Shown here one piece after another: positions 38,449-48,885 of a DNA stretch of 64,000 bases (positions are counted from its first letter, which is position 1; each line of letters begins with the position of its first letter). Under the pieces are notes generated by a model. The model made no database searches. It saw only the letters and a program-made list of their open reading frames with translations, and was not told the DNA's origin. The translations under genes and the position numbers were made by a program. The stretch lies in the NCBI GenBank assembly GCA_963776275.1, contig CAVZMI010000020.1, positions 96,001 through 160,000 on the forward strand, written 5' to 3'. The stretch comes from Ignavibacteriota bacterium. Lineage in GTDB: Bacteria > Bacteroidota > Ignavibacteria > UBA10030 > CAVZMI01.

Positions 38449-39406
38449 GCACCGCTATCTCGCGCTTATCGAGCAGGCGCTTCGACGCAGTGTTCACGCA
38501 CGGCAGCCGAATTCGGTGTACGAACCAGCACGGTATCTTCTTGATGCCGGAGGAAAACGAATGCGCCCGATGCTAGTGATGCTCTCCTGTGCTGCCGCAG
38601 GAGGCGATGTACGAAAGTCCGTTCACGCGGCGGCAGCCCTTGAGATCCTGCATACATTCACGCTGGTTCATGACGATATTATGGATAACGCCTCATCACG
38701 GCGCGGCCGGACGACAGTCCACACAAGATGGAATACCAATGTCGCCATCCTTGTGGGCGACGAATTGCTGGCTCTTGCGTACCGCTCCCTTCTTCGAACC
38801 GAGCATAAAAACTTAAAGAGAATTGCGGAGCTTTTTACCGAAGGCGTCGTCGAGGTATGTGAGGGGCAGGGGTATGACAAAGAATATGAATCCCGGAACG
38901 ATGTCTCGTTCGATGAATACCGGATGATGATCACAAAAAAAACCGCGCGCTTGCTGGCAGTAGGATGCGAAATCGGTGGGATCCTCGGCGGTGCAAATGA
39001 GCGCCGCTGCCGCGCCCTCCGAAAATTCGGTGAACACATCGGCCGCGCATTCCAGATTCAGGATGATCTGCTCGACATAATCGGCGACGAAAAAACATTC
39101 GGTAAAATCATCGGCGGCGACCTGCGCGAAGGAAAGAAAACTTTTTTGCTATTGACCGCGCTCGAATACACGACGGGACAAGATCATGAACTGGTAAGCC
39201 GTGTAGTGAACGAGAAAGGCGTTCCGGACACACTCGTTCCGGCAATAAAAGAGATATATGAACGATGTGGTATTATAGAAAAAACGCGTACCGCGATCGA
39301 AAAAGAATGTACACTGGGAATTCGATACCTGAAAACTCTTCCAGCAATAGCGGGACGGGAGATGCTGCGTAGGTATGCCTTACAACTCGCAGGGAGGACA
39401 TTCTAG
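38423..39406 (+). CDS. Polyprenyl (GGPP-type) synthetase
   Basis: GGKRMRP, LVHDDIMD..RRG, GQ..D, KTA, FQIQDD. Confidence 0.93.
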   Translation: MHRRFHTIEHRYLALIEQALRRSVHARQPNSVYEPARYLLDAGGKRMRPMLVMLSCAAAGGDVRKSVHAAAALEILHTFTLVHDDIMDNASSRRGRTTVHTRWNTNVAILVGDELLALAYRSLLRTEHKNLKRIAELFTEGVVEVCEGQGYDKEYESRNDVSFDEYRMMITKKTARLLAVGCEIGGILGGANERRCRALRKFGEHIGRAFQIQDDLLDIIGDEKTFGKIIGGDLREGKKTFLLLTALEYTTGQDHELVSRVVNEKGVPDTLVPAIKEIYERCGIIEKTRTAIEKECTLGIRYLKTLPAIAGREMLRRYALQLAGRTF

Positions 39407-39412
39407 AGAACA

Positions 39413-39682
39413 ATGATTGAACTAGAAGTGGCCATAAAAAACCGGGCAGGACTGCATACGCGACCGGCGGCGACACTGGTAAAGCTTGCATCAAAGTATA
39501 CATCAGATTTTTTCATATACAAAGATGGAATGGAAATTAACGGGAAGAGCATCATCGGCGTTATGACGCTTGCCGCTGAACGTGGAAGCACATTGAGTTT
39601 ACGGTTCGACGGTCCCGACGAAGCCGCAGCAGCACAGGCAATGCGCGAACTGTTCGATCGCGGTTTTGATGAACCCATGTAA
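39413..39682 (+). CDS. ptsH: Phosphocarrier protein HPr
   Basis: GLHTRPA, NGKSIIGV. Confidence 0.93.
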   Translation: MIELEVAIKNRAGLHTRPAATLVKLASKYTSDFFIYKDGMEINGKSIIGVMTLAAERGSTLSLRFDGPDEAAAAQAMRELFDRGFDEPM

Positions 39683-39703
39683 CACAATCATCGAGAATGG
39701 ACT

Positions 39704-41464
39704 ATGAGCCCTGACAATCCCGATCCGAAAGAAAGTGTCCTCAAAGGTATCGCCGCAGCACCGGGCATTACCATGGGATATCTGTATCTGTATTTGAAAC
39801 AAATTCTCAAGGTCGAGGAACGATCGATTTCCGAAAAAGAGATCGAAGACGAAATCCGCCGGCTCCAGGGAGCCATCGAGCGATCAGAAAAAGAATTACA
39901 GAAAATTCTATCGTTTGCGCAACAAAGACTCGGCGATACGAAGGCCTATATCTTCGAAGCGGAAATTATGATTCTTAATGACCACCTTCTCTTCGGAGCA
40001 ATCGCAAAGCGGATTCGGACAGAACGGAAAAATGCCGATTTCATCCTGGACGACGAAATCGGCAAGTACCAGCACCGCATGCTCGCGTCCGGTGACGAAT
40101 ATATGCGCGAGCGAGTTCATGATGTTGAAGACGTTAAGAACCGCATCATCCGCAACCTCCAGGAAGAAAAACTCTTCTCGCGCCTCGAAGGAAAAGCAAT
40201 CATAGCCGCCGAGACTCTGACACCGGCGGACACAATTTTGTTCAGCAGAAACGATGTCCTTGGATATGCAACCGATCTCGGAAGCGTGACATCACACACA
40301 GCGATTCTTTCACGATCTCTGAAAATTCCGGCAGTGGTCGGCCTCCGGACAATAACAAAACAGGTGCAAACCGGCGATTACGTCATCCTCGACGGACACA
40401 GCGGAGTCGTCATCGTCCATCCCACGCCAAAAACTATCCGCGAGTACGAACTAAAGCATCAAAAATATCTTGCCTTCGATCGGAAATTGGAGGGATTACG
40501 CGAGCTTCCCTCCGAGACAAAAGACGGAAGACGCATCGAGCTTTCGGCCAATGTAGAATTCGAGGAAGAGCTCGATTTTCTCAACGTCCAGGGAGCCGAA
40601 GGAATTGGCTTGTATCGATCGGAGAGCCTGCTGATCGGCCGTTCCAGTTTCCCAAGTGAAGACGAGCAACTCGAGATGTATCAAAAAGTGGCGGATAGAA
40701 TGTACCCTAACCGGGTGATTATTAGAACATTCGATATCGGCGGCGATAAACTTCTGCCGGATACCATTGCCGAACCAAATCCATTCCTCGGATGGCGCGG
40801 CATCCGAATCGGACTCGACCGGCCCGATGTCCTGTTGACTCAACTCAAGGCAATTCTTCGCTCAAGCACCAAAAAAAATGTTTACATAATGTTCCCGATG
40901 ATATCAACGGTAACGGAGGTCAGAAAGGCAAAAGAAATACTCGTGCAGGCAAAGCGCGATCTTCGCGAAGCTAAAGTAAAATTCGATCCCGGCCTTAAAA
41001 TAGGCGTGATGATCGAGGTCCCTTCCGCTGCCGTCATGGCTGAAGAGATAGCACGGGAAGTCGATTTTCTCAGTATCGGTACAAACGACCTGATTCAATA
41101 TTTATTGGCTGTCGATCGAGGCAACCCTATCGTGTCGGGCCTTTATAAGGAATTTCATCCGGCTGTGCTCCGGACAATCAGAAGCATAATCGACGCAGGT
41201 CACAGGTCGAAAATCTGGGTCGGTATGTGCGGTGAAATGGCCGGCGACCCATTGGCGACAATGATTCTTGTGGGACTGGGACTCGACGAGTTCAGCGTTA
41301 TACCCACGGTTCTCCCTGAAATCAAGAAGATAATTCGCGCGATCCGGTTCGATCATGCAAAATTGATTGCGACGAAAGCGCTCTCATTCGGCACACGCGA
41401 AGAGGTGGAAAAATTTGTTCACAGCATCATGCGGAAAAAATTCCCCGATATTCCAATATCATGA
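39704..41464 (+). CDS. ptsP: PEP-protein phosphotransferase (PTS enzyme I)
   Basis: TSHTAIL, GIGLYRSE, NPFLGWRG, SIGTNDL, GMCGEMAGD. Confidence 0.94.
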   Translation: MSPDNPDPKESVLKGIAAAPGITMGYLYLYLKQILKVEERSISEKEIEDEIRRLQGAIERSEKELQKILSFAQQRLGDTKAYIFEAEIMILNDHLLFGAIAKRIRTERKNADFILDDEIGKYQHRMLASGDEYMRERVHDVEDVKNRIIRNLQEEKLFSRLEGKAIIAAETLTPADTILFSRNDVLGYATDLGSVTSHTAILSRSLKIPAVVGLRTITKQVQTGDYVILDGHSGVVIVHPTPKTIREYELKHQKYLAFDRKLEGLRELPSETKDGRRIELSANVEFEEELDFLNVQGAEGIGLYRSESLLIGRSSFPSEDEQLEMYQKVADRMYPNRVIIRTFDIGGDKLLPDTIAEPNPFLGWRGIRIGLDRPDVLLTQLKAILRSSTKKNVYIMFPMISTVTEVRKAKEILVQAKRDLREAKVKFDPGLKIGVMIEVPSAAVMAEEIAREVDFLSIGTNDLIQYLLAVDRGNPIVSGLYKEFHPAVLRTIRSIIDAGHRSKIWVGMCGEMAGDPLATMILVGLGLDEFSVIPTVLPEIKKIIRAIRFDHAKLIATKALSFGTREEVEKFVHSIMRKKFPDIPIS

Positions 41465-41642
41465 TTGAGTTGAGATAACCGTAAGTTTTCCACTAACTCT
41501 GTGTCCCAGTTTCATCGGAACCCTTTGTGACCTTTGTGTTTATATTTTAAAAATATCATATGTGATAATAGAACCCACTTTTTAAAAAATAGAATTAAGA
41601 AGAAGCTATAACCTAGTATTAATTTAAAATAATAGAGGAACT

Positions 41643-42695
41643 ATGGACGAAAATCTCATTCAAAGTGTCGATCCATCCGATCAGCGGAAAGCCATCCATG
41701 AATTTTTCCATCAAGTTGAACAAGCGGTCGCAATCGGAAATTCCACGAAAGTGAAAATTCCACGGAAAGGAATCCGCACGATTGTGCTGACAGGCCTTGG
41801 CGGTTCGGCAATCGGCGGCGATTTACTACGGTCATACCTTTCCGGGGAAATTGCAGTCCCTATCATCATCAACCGGTTCTATTCGCTTCCAGAGTTTGTC
41901 GATTCTTCCACACTTGTGATTATCTCGAGCTATTCAGGAAATACCGAGGAGACAATTTCGGCGTACAAAGATGCAATTCGGAAAAAAGCGGCAATTCTCT
42001 GCATCACCACAGGCGGTGTTGTTGCGGCCATGGCCAAGAAATATCGCCATCCCCGGATCTCGATCCCGGCCGGACTTCAACCGCGCGCGGCGCTCGGTTA
42101 CTCTTTCTTTCCTCTTCTTGTGACACTTTCCCGCAACGGATATATCAAGAACAAAGCAAAAGATATCAAGGAAACCATCGCTTTGCTTCATGACCTTGCT
42201 GAAAAATATAGTTCGAATGATACTGCAACAAACGACGCTTTGTCTCTTGCAGAGCACGTACATGGAAAACTCCCCATTATATACTCATCGACGGAGAAAT
42301 TCGACAGTGTAAACCTCCGATGGCGCGGTCAGATTTGTGAGAATGCCAAGCAGCTTGCCTACGGCAATGTGTTCCCGGAATTAAACCATAACGAACTGGT
42401 TGGGTGGAAAGTATTAAGAGATCTCATGAAACAATTCGAACTTGTAGTGTTACGGGATAAAGACGATCACAAACGTGTTGCAGCTCGAATGGATATTACA
42501 CAGCAGCTTCTGCGCGAATATGCTGGAAATGTGACCGAGATTCACTCACAGGGAAAATCACTTCTGGCAAGAATGTTCTCTCTTATTCATTTCGGCGATT
42601 GGGTAAGCTACTGGCTGGCGATACTGAACCATGAAGACCCCGCTCCGGTGAAGGCGATTGATTTTTTGAAGAGTAAGCTGGCAGAATTGAAATAG
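41643..42695 (+). CDS. Bifunctional phosphoglucose/phosphomannose isomerase (SIS family)
   Basis: GLGGSAIGG, SYSGNTEET, QPRAA, ENAK, PELNHNE. Confidence 0.92.
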   Translation: MDENLIQSVDPSDQRKAIHEFFHQVEQAVAIGNSTKVKIPRKGIRTIVLTGLGGSAIGGDLLRSYLSGEIAVPIIINRFYSLPEFVDSSTLVIISSYSGNTEETISAYKDAIRKKAAILCITTGGVVAAMAKKYRHPRISIPAGLQPRAALGYSFFPLLVTLSRNGYIKNKAKDIKETIALLHDLAEKYSSNDTATNDALSLAEHVHGKLPIIYSSTEKFDSVNLRWRGQICENAKQLAYGNVFPELNHNELVGWKVLRDLMKQFELVVLRDKDDHKRVAARMDITQQLLREYAGNVTEIHSQGKSLLARMFSLIHFGDWVSYWLAILNHEDPAPVKAIDFLKSKLAELK

Positions 42696-42789
42696 TAGAA
42701 GGCGCAGGTTCTATGGGGGTTGTCTAAAAAGTAATTCTTACCGTAACAAAATCTCAGACAGTAAATAATATCAACATGATCTTTTTCAT

Positions 42790-42948
42790 GGTTGTCTCGA
42801 TACATCCCGTCCCGCTTAGGCGGGACGGGATTACTCGACAACCTGGCTATTTCCTTATGTGTTATATAGCCAGGTTACCGAGCGACGCACTGAGCATGTC
42901 GAAGTGTAGTCCTGCCCTGTTTTTTGAGCAGGGCGTATCGAGGTAACC
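42790..42948. repeat. Inverted doublet of REP-like units, each carrying nested hairpins
   Basis: ggttgtctcgatac[atcccgtcccgcttaggcgggacgggat]tactcgacaacc and ggttaccgagcg..[cactgagcatgtcgaagtg]..[gccctg..cagggc]gtatcgaggtaacc. Confidence 0.78.
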
Positions 42949-43097
42949 TATGTCGAAAGCATCTGAATAATTGGTAGAAATATTTTCTTTTTGGACAGCC
43001 CCTATGATGAACTAAACTCCAATTGACTTAAGTCACCCATATTCAGAATAAATCGGGTAAATATTGGGTTAAAACCCATACAATATCCTTCATTTAA

Positions 43098-43155
43098 TAG
43101 CCACGAACTGACCCCACTGGAAAGCGTGGGGCGTAAAAGCACGAGTTCGTGGCTA
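43098..43155. repeat. 12-bp-stem palindrome with nested inner hairpin
   Basis: tagccacgaact..[ccccac..gtgggg]..agttcgtggcta. Confidence 0.7.
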
Positions 43156-43245
43156 TATCCTATATCCGAGAAAAAAATTATTAGTTTCGGGCTGAGTGAG
43201 AGCATTTCTCTATCCCCTTGAACTTTTACACGGTTAACGCTTTCC

Positions 43246-45891
43246 CTATCCGTTCCACCAGTATGTCATTTTTATCATGAAGATATTGTCAGGCACCATG
43301 TGCCAGAGTTTATCGGCAGCTGGTCTGAAGTTGAACTCTCCGATTGATTTATCGTTCGAACGGCTTTGAGTCCATACGAAATAGAGAACAGAGCCGGGCA
43401 TGTACTCCCATCGCAATACGGCGTTTCCCCGAATTGATGTGTAATTGTATTGCGGATTGTCGAAGCTGAAAGTGGATGCCGGTCCGCTTCCATCCGGATC
43501 GACTGTGTAGGTATTATCGTCTTTGGTAATTGTTGATCCGTCCGTTCCATACACAAGCAAATCGTGGGAACGGGGACGCGCAAGTTCCTTGAAGTCGAGA
43601 AAATCTCCGGCCGAGATCAAAGGCTGTAGGAACAGTTGTAGACTGAGCTGCGGTGTGAACGTCCAATCAAGCCGTATGTTTGCGGATAATGTCGTTTGAT
43701 CCATTTTCCCGAAGACGTACCGCTTCCCATACGTCTCAGTTGCATACGGATCGTCGAATACATCAATCCATTGCGTGTTTTCAATGTTCCTGGTGTAATC
43801 GGGTCCGAAACTAAAAGAGATATTTGCCGCGGGATGCCACGTCAATCCGATACCGCCGTTCCAATTCTTTGAATCATCGCCGAGGTATGCATTGAAATAA
43901 GTATTCAAAACAATCTGCTGTTTGCTGTCCGAATTCGCGTAGAGATTCGCCTGGTAACCGCGGTGGTTGAGAGTGAGCGGTCCTCCACGGGTTCTTCGAT
44001 TGTTGATGGTCTCGGGATTATAGGCACCCCATATTTCGATATAATAGTAGTTAAGCATTTGTATCCAAGAATCAAAAAAGATCCCCTTCCACGTAACATT
44101 TCCATCAAAATCAAAATTCTGGAACCCGGCCACGATCCCACCCAGCTGCCGGTAAAACGATCCCGGTTCTGTCCTCCGGTATCCTCCTCCGACATGCATG
44201 TTGATGATATCTGTTCGCGAGAGATAACCGAGATCATTATTATCGAATCTCGGGTTCAAAATCCCGAAACTCGAGTTAAAAATGATATTCCCTTTTTGTT
44301 TGTTCACCAGCAGACGCCCTGCGTAGCCTGTCATCGACGTCGCCGAACTATCTACTTTGTACGATTTCGCATCAGGTCTCTGAAAATAGTGTTGCGAATT
44401 CTCCTGCAGCGAAATCATCTGTTCTGTCGTGCCACGGACGTACGACATTTGTGTCCAGCCGGAGAGAACCCAGGTTTTATCAGAATCGAAAAATGTCCAG
44501 CCGTCGATCCCGACGGTATGAGAGCTGCCGTTCATGTCGGTTTTGAGTCTGTCGTCTCCGAACGAACGGATCGTACTGGTTGTCATAAAACCGATTCCCT
44601 GGTGTGAATCATTGAATTCACTCTGACCGCGTATGATGCCGTAGTAGGTCGGTGGTTCGACTTCGAGACGGTCTGTAATCCCCGCATTTGAAAGCCGGGC
44701 AGATTCGCGTCCGGTCATAGCCTGTATTGTTCCGAAATTCCATGAACCGATAAGTTTCCCCGTGAGTTTTGCAGCGCCTAGAATTCTTGTTCCCGAAGGG
44801 ACATCCATATAGTCTGCGTCGGGAAGACTTCCGTGCGGAGCACGTCCGATCCGTCGTGTGTAGAAAAAGGTCGGGGTGGGATAATTAAAATTCCAAAAGC
44901 TAGTAGCCCCTCCGTACCCGAAATTAAAAATCGTCGCTCCTTCAATGAAGAAGGGCCGCTTTTCCTGAAAGTACGTCTCGACATCGCTCAGGTTGACCAC
45001 TGCAGGATCGACTTCCACCTGTCCGAAATCGGGATTAATAGTACCTGTAAGAGTCAGATTACTACCGAGTCCTAATTTCAAATCCAAACCGACATCCGGC
45101 GAGAGTTTCGATCCGTTGTGGAATGGATCGCCGGAGGGATAGTGAAGGTATTCGGCTCGTGTGGTTACGTACGGCATAATTTCTACTTGATGAGACGGCG
45201 GCAGGTTTTCAATACCGAGGAGATGGACAAATCGCGAAACAAAACCGCTCCCGTTTTTTGGCGTATAGACAATATAATCTTCTTCGTTTTTTCTTCTGTT
45301 ATCCCTTAAAAAATCTATACCCCACACCTGGTGATCGTTGTTGTGGAACCGGAGCTGTGAGAACGGGATACGCATTTCAACACACCACCCGAGCGAATCA
45401 ACTGTCGTTTTTCCTTCCCAGACACCGTCCCAGGAGCCGTCGGTCCAGTCATCATTATAGAGAACACCGTCATAGTATGTCCCGGCGGCGTTGAGTCCGA
45501 AATAGAATCCGGTCTGGTGGTCATTATAACAATCGAATCCCACAAAAAAATCGTCCGAGTTCTGGTCGCCATCGCGCCGTACGAGCCGACCGATAATCGA
45601 ATCGGGCGCATGGTCGTACATACGGGCTCCGACATAAATGGCGTTATCATCATACAGTATCAGGACATTCGTTTTCTCTGTCGGCTGCGCTCCCTCGGTC
45701 GGGTTCCTCTGGAGAAAATCCGAGGTTACCGGAGCTCTCTGCCATGCACTCTCGGAAAGGATCCCATCGATAACGATCGATTCATGAGTGCGAACAGCAC
45801 GGATGTCAGGACGAGGGGTGCTCGTCGAATCGGTCTCCGCTGCATAGCCGATGGCGGTGAATAGAATAAACAGAACGATAAAGGCTTTCAT
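43246..45891 (-). CDS. CBM9-like plus DUF5916 outer-membrane protein
   Basis: IDGILSESAW, WDGVWE, EMRIPFSQLRF, INPDFGQVEVD...EKRPFF, FYTRRIGR. Confidence 0.85.
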   Translation of the reverse strand: MKAFIVLFILFTAIGYAAETDSTSTPRPDIRAVRTHESIVIDGILSESAWQRAPVTSDFLQRNPTEGAQPTEKTNVLILYDDNAIYVGARMYDHAPDSIIGRLVRRDGDQNSDDFFVGFDCYNDHQTGFYFGLNAAGTYYDGVLYNDDWTDGSWDGVWEGKTTVDSLGWCVEMRIPFSQLRFHNNDHQVWGIDFLRDNRRKNEEDYIVYTPKNGSGFVSRFVHLLGIENLPPSHQVEIMPYVTTRAEYLHYPSGDPFHNGSKLSPDVGLDLKLGLGSNLTLTGTINPDFGQVEVDPAVVNLSDVETYFQEKRPFFIEGATIFNFGYGGATSFWNFNYPTPTFFYTRRIGRAPHGSLPDADYMDVPSGTRILGAAKLTGKLIGSWNFGTIQAMTGRESARLSNAGITDRLEVEPPTYYGIIRGQSEFNDSHQGIGFMTTSTIRSFGDDRLKTDMNGSSHTVGIDGWTFFDSDKTWVLSGWTQMSYVRGTTEQMISLQENSQHYFQRPDAKSYKVDSSATSMTGYAGRLLVNKQKGNIIFNSSFGILNPRFDNNDLGYLSRTDIINMHVGGGYRRTEPGSFYRQLGGIVAGFQNFDFDGNVTWKGIFFDSWIQMLNYYYIEIWGAYNPETINNRRTRGGPLTLNHRGYQANLYANSDSKQQIVLNTYFNAYLGDDSKNWNGGIGLTWHPAANISFSFGPDYTRNIENTQWIDVFDDPYATETYGKRYVFGKMDQTTLSANIRLDWTFTPQLSLQLFLQPLISAGDFLDFKELARPRSHDLLVYGTDGSTITKDDNTYTVDPDGSGPASTFSFDNPQYNYTSIRGNAVLRWEYMPGSVLYFVWTQSRSNDKSIGEFNFRPAADKLWHMVPDNIFMIKMTYWWNG

Positions 45892-45949
45892 TCGAAATCC
45901 CGGGGGTGGAGAGATTAATCTTGAATTGCTTTTACTAATTAAAAAGTAA

Positions 45950-46010
45950 CCCTTCGGCTCTCCGCCTACGCTCCACCAGTGCGGAGCTTCGGCGGATCGC
46001 TCAGGGCAAG
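45950..46010 (-). repeat. 61-bp nested palindromic insertion splitting a 19-bp inverted-repeat arm
   Basis: Minus strand cttgccctgagcga[tccgccgaagctccgcactggtggagcgtaggcgga]gagccgaaggg; its removal gives aagtaaaaaggaaaaatta, the complement of 46073-46091. Confidence 0.82.
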
Positions 46011-46109
46011 AAAGGAAAAATTATAAAAGATTAGACGATTTAAAATTGATTGTTATACCACTTTATAATTTTTAATTTTTCCTTTTTACTTAACAACCGC
46101 CTTTGAATA

Positions 46110-47255
46110 TTACTTCTTGACTCCCCTGATTTCTATATCTGAGTTTACGGTCTTTAAATCGATTTGTTGCCCCCCGCCATTAAGAATATACGAACCCCGA
46201 ATTTCATGCTCCTTTTCACTCTTTTCCTCGGATGACGCCTTAAAATCGGACCGGATCGAATAGTCGTTCATCCTCGACTTCCACCGTCCTTCAACACGAA
46301 TACGTGCATCGATTGTTGCCTTTGCATCCTCGGGAATTGAAAGCACCACTCTCCCGCCGGCAGTCGATAGTGTACTGCGATCGTTTCCTTCGGGAATCAG
46401 GTCGACTTCGACATCCCCACCCGCTGTTCTTGCATCCGCGGAACCGGTAATATTATGCAATCTGATATTCCCACCGGCTGTTTTCGCGGTCACAGATAAA
46501 CCTCCCTCAAGAAGCTCGATATCTCCCCCGGCAGTCTTCATCGTAAGCTTGCCGCTGCTCTTCTGTCCTTTAATGCTACCTCCGGCGGTATGAACATCGA
46601 CTGTTCCCCGTACTTCACCAAAAGTAATGTTGCCCCCGGCAGTCGATGCCTTCAAATTCTTACCGACACCATTCACACGAATTGACCCTCCGGCAGTCCG
46701 CAGTGTAGCCTCACCATTGACCCACCCGGTCTCAATATTCCCACCCGAAGTTTTGAGAACAAGATCACCCATGATATCTTTGGTATTAATATCGCCCCCG
46801 GCAGTCTCCATTTCAACGTCGCCGGTCACACTCTCAAGCCGTATGTCTCCACCCGATGTGTGCCCTTTGATTTTTCCTGTCATATTTCCGGCAATAACTA
46901 GATCTCCTCCTGAAGTCTCGATATCGATATCAAATTGTGACGGTACATTGATACGGAAACGGGCGTCGGATGAATGATCGTAAGACCGGAATTGAACATC
47001 GATTTTATTTCCCGACTGGCTCATGCTCAACCCTTCGGCTTCCTCGTCGTCAAGGTTTTCGGCCTGCACATAGACTTCATTTTTCTCCCATGGTTCGATA
47101 CGAATTGAGCCGACATCAGTCGATACGTTCAGTATTCCGCCTTTCTCAACAGTAAATGACTGCGATTTCTTATCGGGTTGGGCGGCAGCAAACAGGAACG
47201 ATGCTGCCAACCCCCATATAAATATTATATGGAATATTGCAGAATGTTTTTTCAT
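46110..47255 (-). CDS. DUF4097 beta-strand-repeat (adhesin-like) protein
   Basis: Repeated T[SA]GG[DNS]I units, signal peptide. Confidence 0.88.
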   Translation of the reverse strand: MKKHSAIFHIIFIWGLAASFLFAAAQPDKKSQSFTVEKGGILNVSTDVGSIRIEPWEKNEVYVQAENLDDEEAEGLSMSQSGNKIDVQFRSYDHSSDARFRINVPSQFDIDIETSGGDLVIAGNMTGKIKGHTSGGDIRLESVTGDVEMETAGGDINTKDIMGDLVLKTSGGNIETGWVNGEATLRTAGGSIRVNGVGKNLKASTAGGNITFGEVRGTVDVHTAGGSIKGQKSSGKLTMKTAGGDIELLEGGLSVTAKTAGGNIRLHNITGSADARTAGGDVEVDLIPEGNDRSTLSTAGGRVVLSIPEDAKATIDARIRVEGRWKSRMNDYSIRSDFKASSEEKSEKEHEIRGSYILNGGGQQIDLKTVNSDIEIRGVKK

Positions 47256-48280
47256 TGTTGTACTCCTTCCAGGAAAGTTGTTGCACGTGCACGTATATAT
47301 ATATTTTCATCGGATTGCATTTTCTTCTGGAGCACCGAAATAACGTCGGAATCGAGCCGGAGTCCCTCGGCCTGTACTCTTGTCAATGCGTTAATGACTC
47401 CGATACGCATACCTGAATTTTTATCTTTCATGAGTACTGTAAGATATGCGTGTTTTACCTGTTCGTCATACGGAAATTTTTGTAACGCTGCTAGGGCTTC
47501 TTTTCGGACTCCGGGATTTTCATCGGTCTCCAGAGCCGTGATTAATGCGCCTCTGATATCTACATCATGTGTGACGGTGGCTGTCGTTTGTGCCGCGAGT
47601 ATATTAGCCGTTTGAAGCCGGGTGCCGGGATTTTGACTGCTCATTAAAGCATAGGCAAGAATTCTCTGTACACGCTGATCGTTGATATTTCCTTTCACAT
47701 GAATCGGCGTGAGGGCATCGAAACTCAGATCGATGAAGCCTTCATTACTCGCCATATCGGAAAATCTCACATTGGTGATCCGCGATCCCGACTGCATCGA
47801 GGAAGCCTTTTCAAACATAATCTCTGTCATGGATCGTTCTGTTGGAACTGGAGGGACAAAAAGAGTGTACCCGAGCACCACACCGATGACAAATACAGCA
47901 ACTCCTCCGAAAACAATACCGACAGGACGGCGAAGCAGTCCTTTAGGGCGGCGAAGCAGTCCTTTAGGGCGGCGAAGCAGTCCTTTAGGGCGGCGGACAA
48001 GACGTGCAATTCCTTCGGTAACCATGCTCACAATAGATTGTTTTGATCGTTCCTCCATTAATGCTGTCCGGAATTGCCGGCGGGCATCCTGCAGCAGTTG
48101 ATTATCGACATCCACTGTCTTTCGCTGAGAAAGGATCTGATTGAAAGCTTTGAGATGCCCGAGCTCTGCCCGGCATCCAGCGCACTCTTTGAGATGCTCG
48201 TCAAGAGTCTCTTGCTGCAGCGGATCCAATTCGCCGTAGAGCGAGAGCAGCAGCCATTCCCGATAGTGATCGTGATTCAT
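47252..48280 (-). CDS. Zinc-finger (zf-HC2) anti-sigma factor with TM and HEAT-like domain
   Basis: HLKECAGC, TM helix, repeated NPGTR/NPGVR/NSGMR helices. Confidence 0.85.
   Translation of the reverse strand: MNHDHYREWLLLSLYGELDPLQQETLDEHLKECAGCRAELGHLKAFNQILSQRKTVDVDNQLLQDARRQFRTALMEERSKQSIVSMVTEGIARLVRRPKGLLRRPKGLLRRPKGLLRRPVGIVFGGVAVFVIGVVLGYTLFVPPVPTERSMTEIMFEKASSMQSGSRITNVRFSDMASNEGFIDLSFDALTPIHVKGNINDQRVQRILAYALMSSQNPGTRLQTANILAAQTTATVTHDVDIRGALITALETDENPGVRKEALAALQKFPYDEQVKHAYLTVLMKDKNSGMRIGVINALTRVQAEGLRLDSDVISVLQKKMQSDENIYIRARATTFLEGVQQ
47928..47995. repeat. Perfect 21-bp tandem repeat x3 in the anti-sigma gene (RRPKGLL x3)
   Basis: cggcgaagcagtcctttaggg x3 plus cggcg. Confidence 0.92.
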
Positions 48281-48283
48281 AAT

Positions 48284-48868
48284 CTATATCCTTTCTTCAT
48301 TCAATTCTCTCAATAACTCACGCATTCGACGCGTAGCAATAAAAAGATATTTCTTCACAGCCCCCTCAGAACAATCGAGCATTGATGCGATCTCTTTAAG
48401 GCGATAATTCTGATAATGCCTGAGTGTAAATACCATCCGTTGTTTTGGCGAAAGCTTTTGCAGAGCGTTTTCGACATATACAGCAACTTCTTTATTTAAA
48501 ACCGTTTCATCCGCGGTTGAATCATCCGTAATATTATCTGTTTCTGTGTGAGTCTGTTCCTCTCCATCGCTTTCAGCATCGAGCGACCTGTGAAGATGCC
48601 GGCGTCGGCGCTGCCGGTATGTCATACATACATTGGTGACAATCCGGAATAACCACGTGGCAAAACTACTTTGAAACTTGAACCGTGGAAGCCCCCGATA
48701 TACACGAAGGAAGACTTCTTGATATATATCCTTCGCGTCCTCGGCGTTATTCACATAATGCGCAGCCAGCGAGATCACCTGCTTGTCGTAGCAATAGACA
48801 AGCTGCTGAAAAGCTGTCATATCGCCCTGCTGAGCACTGCGTATTATCTCGATTTCATCTGTTGCCAT
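48284..48868 (-). CDS. ECF RNA polymerase sigma factor
   Basis: DAKDIYQEVF, FATWLFRI, region 4 LSPKQR..EIASML. Confidence 0.93.
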   Translation of the reverse strand: MATDEIEIIRSAQQGDMTAFQQLVYCYDKQVISLAAHYVNNAEDAKDIYQEVFLRVYRGLPRFKFQSSFATWLFRIVTNVCMTYRQRRRRHLHRSLDAESDGEEQTHTETDNITDDSTADETVLNKEVAVYVENALQKLSPKQRMVFTLRHYQNYRLKEIASMLDCSEGAVKKYLFIATRRMRELLRELNEERI

Positions 48869-48885
48869 ATCGCCTCTATGCGGAA

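Noticed and set aside
43963-44607. Long antisense ORFs (also 15252-15827, 17541-18077, 33270-33725)
   Set aside because: They are shadow frames of well-supported genes on the opposite strand
47928-47995. Possible CRISPR array
   Set aside because: The repeats are directly adjacent with no spacers, lie inside a CDS, and no cas genes are present
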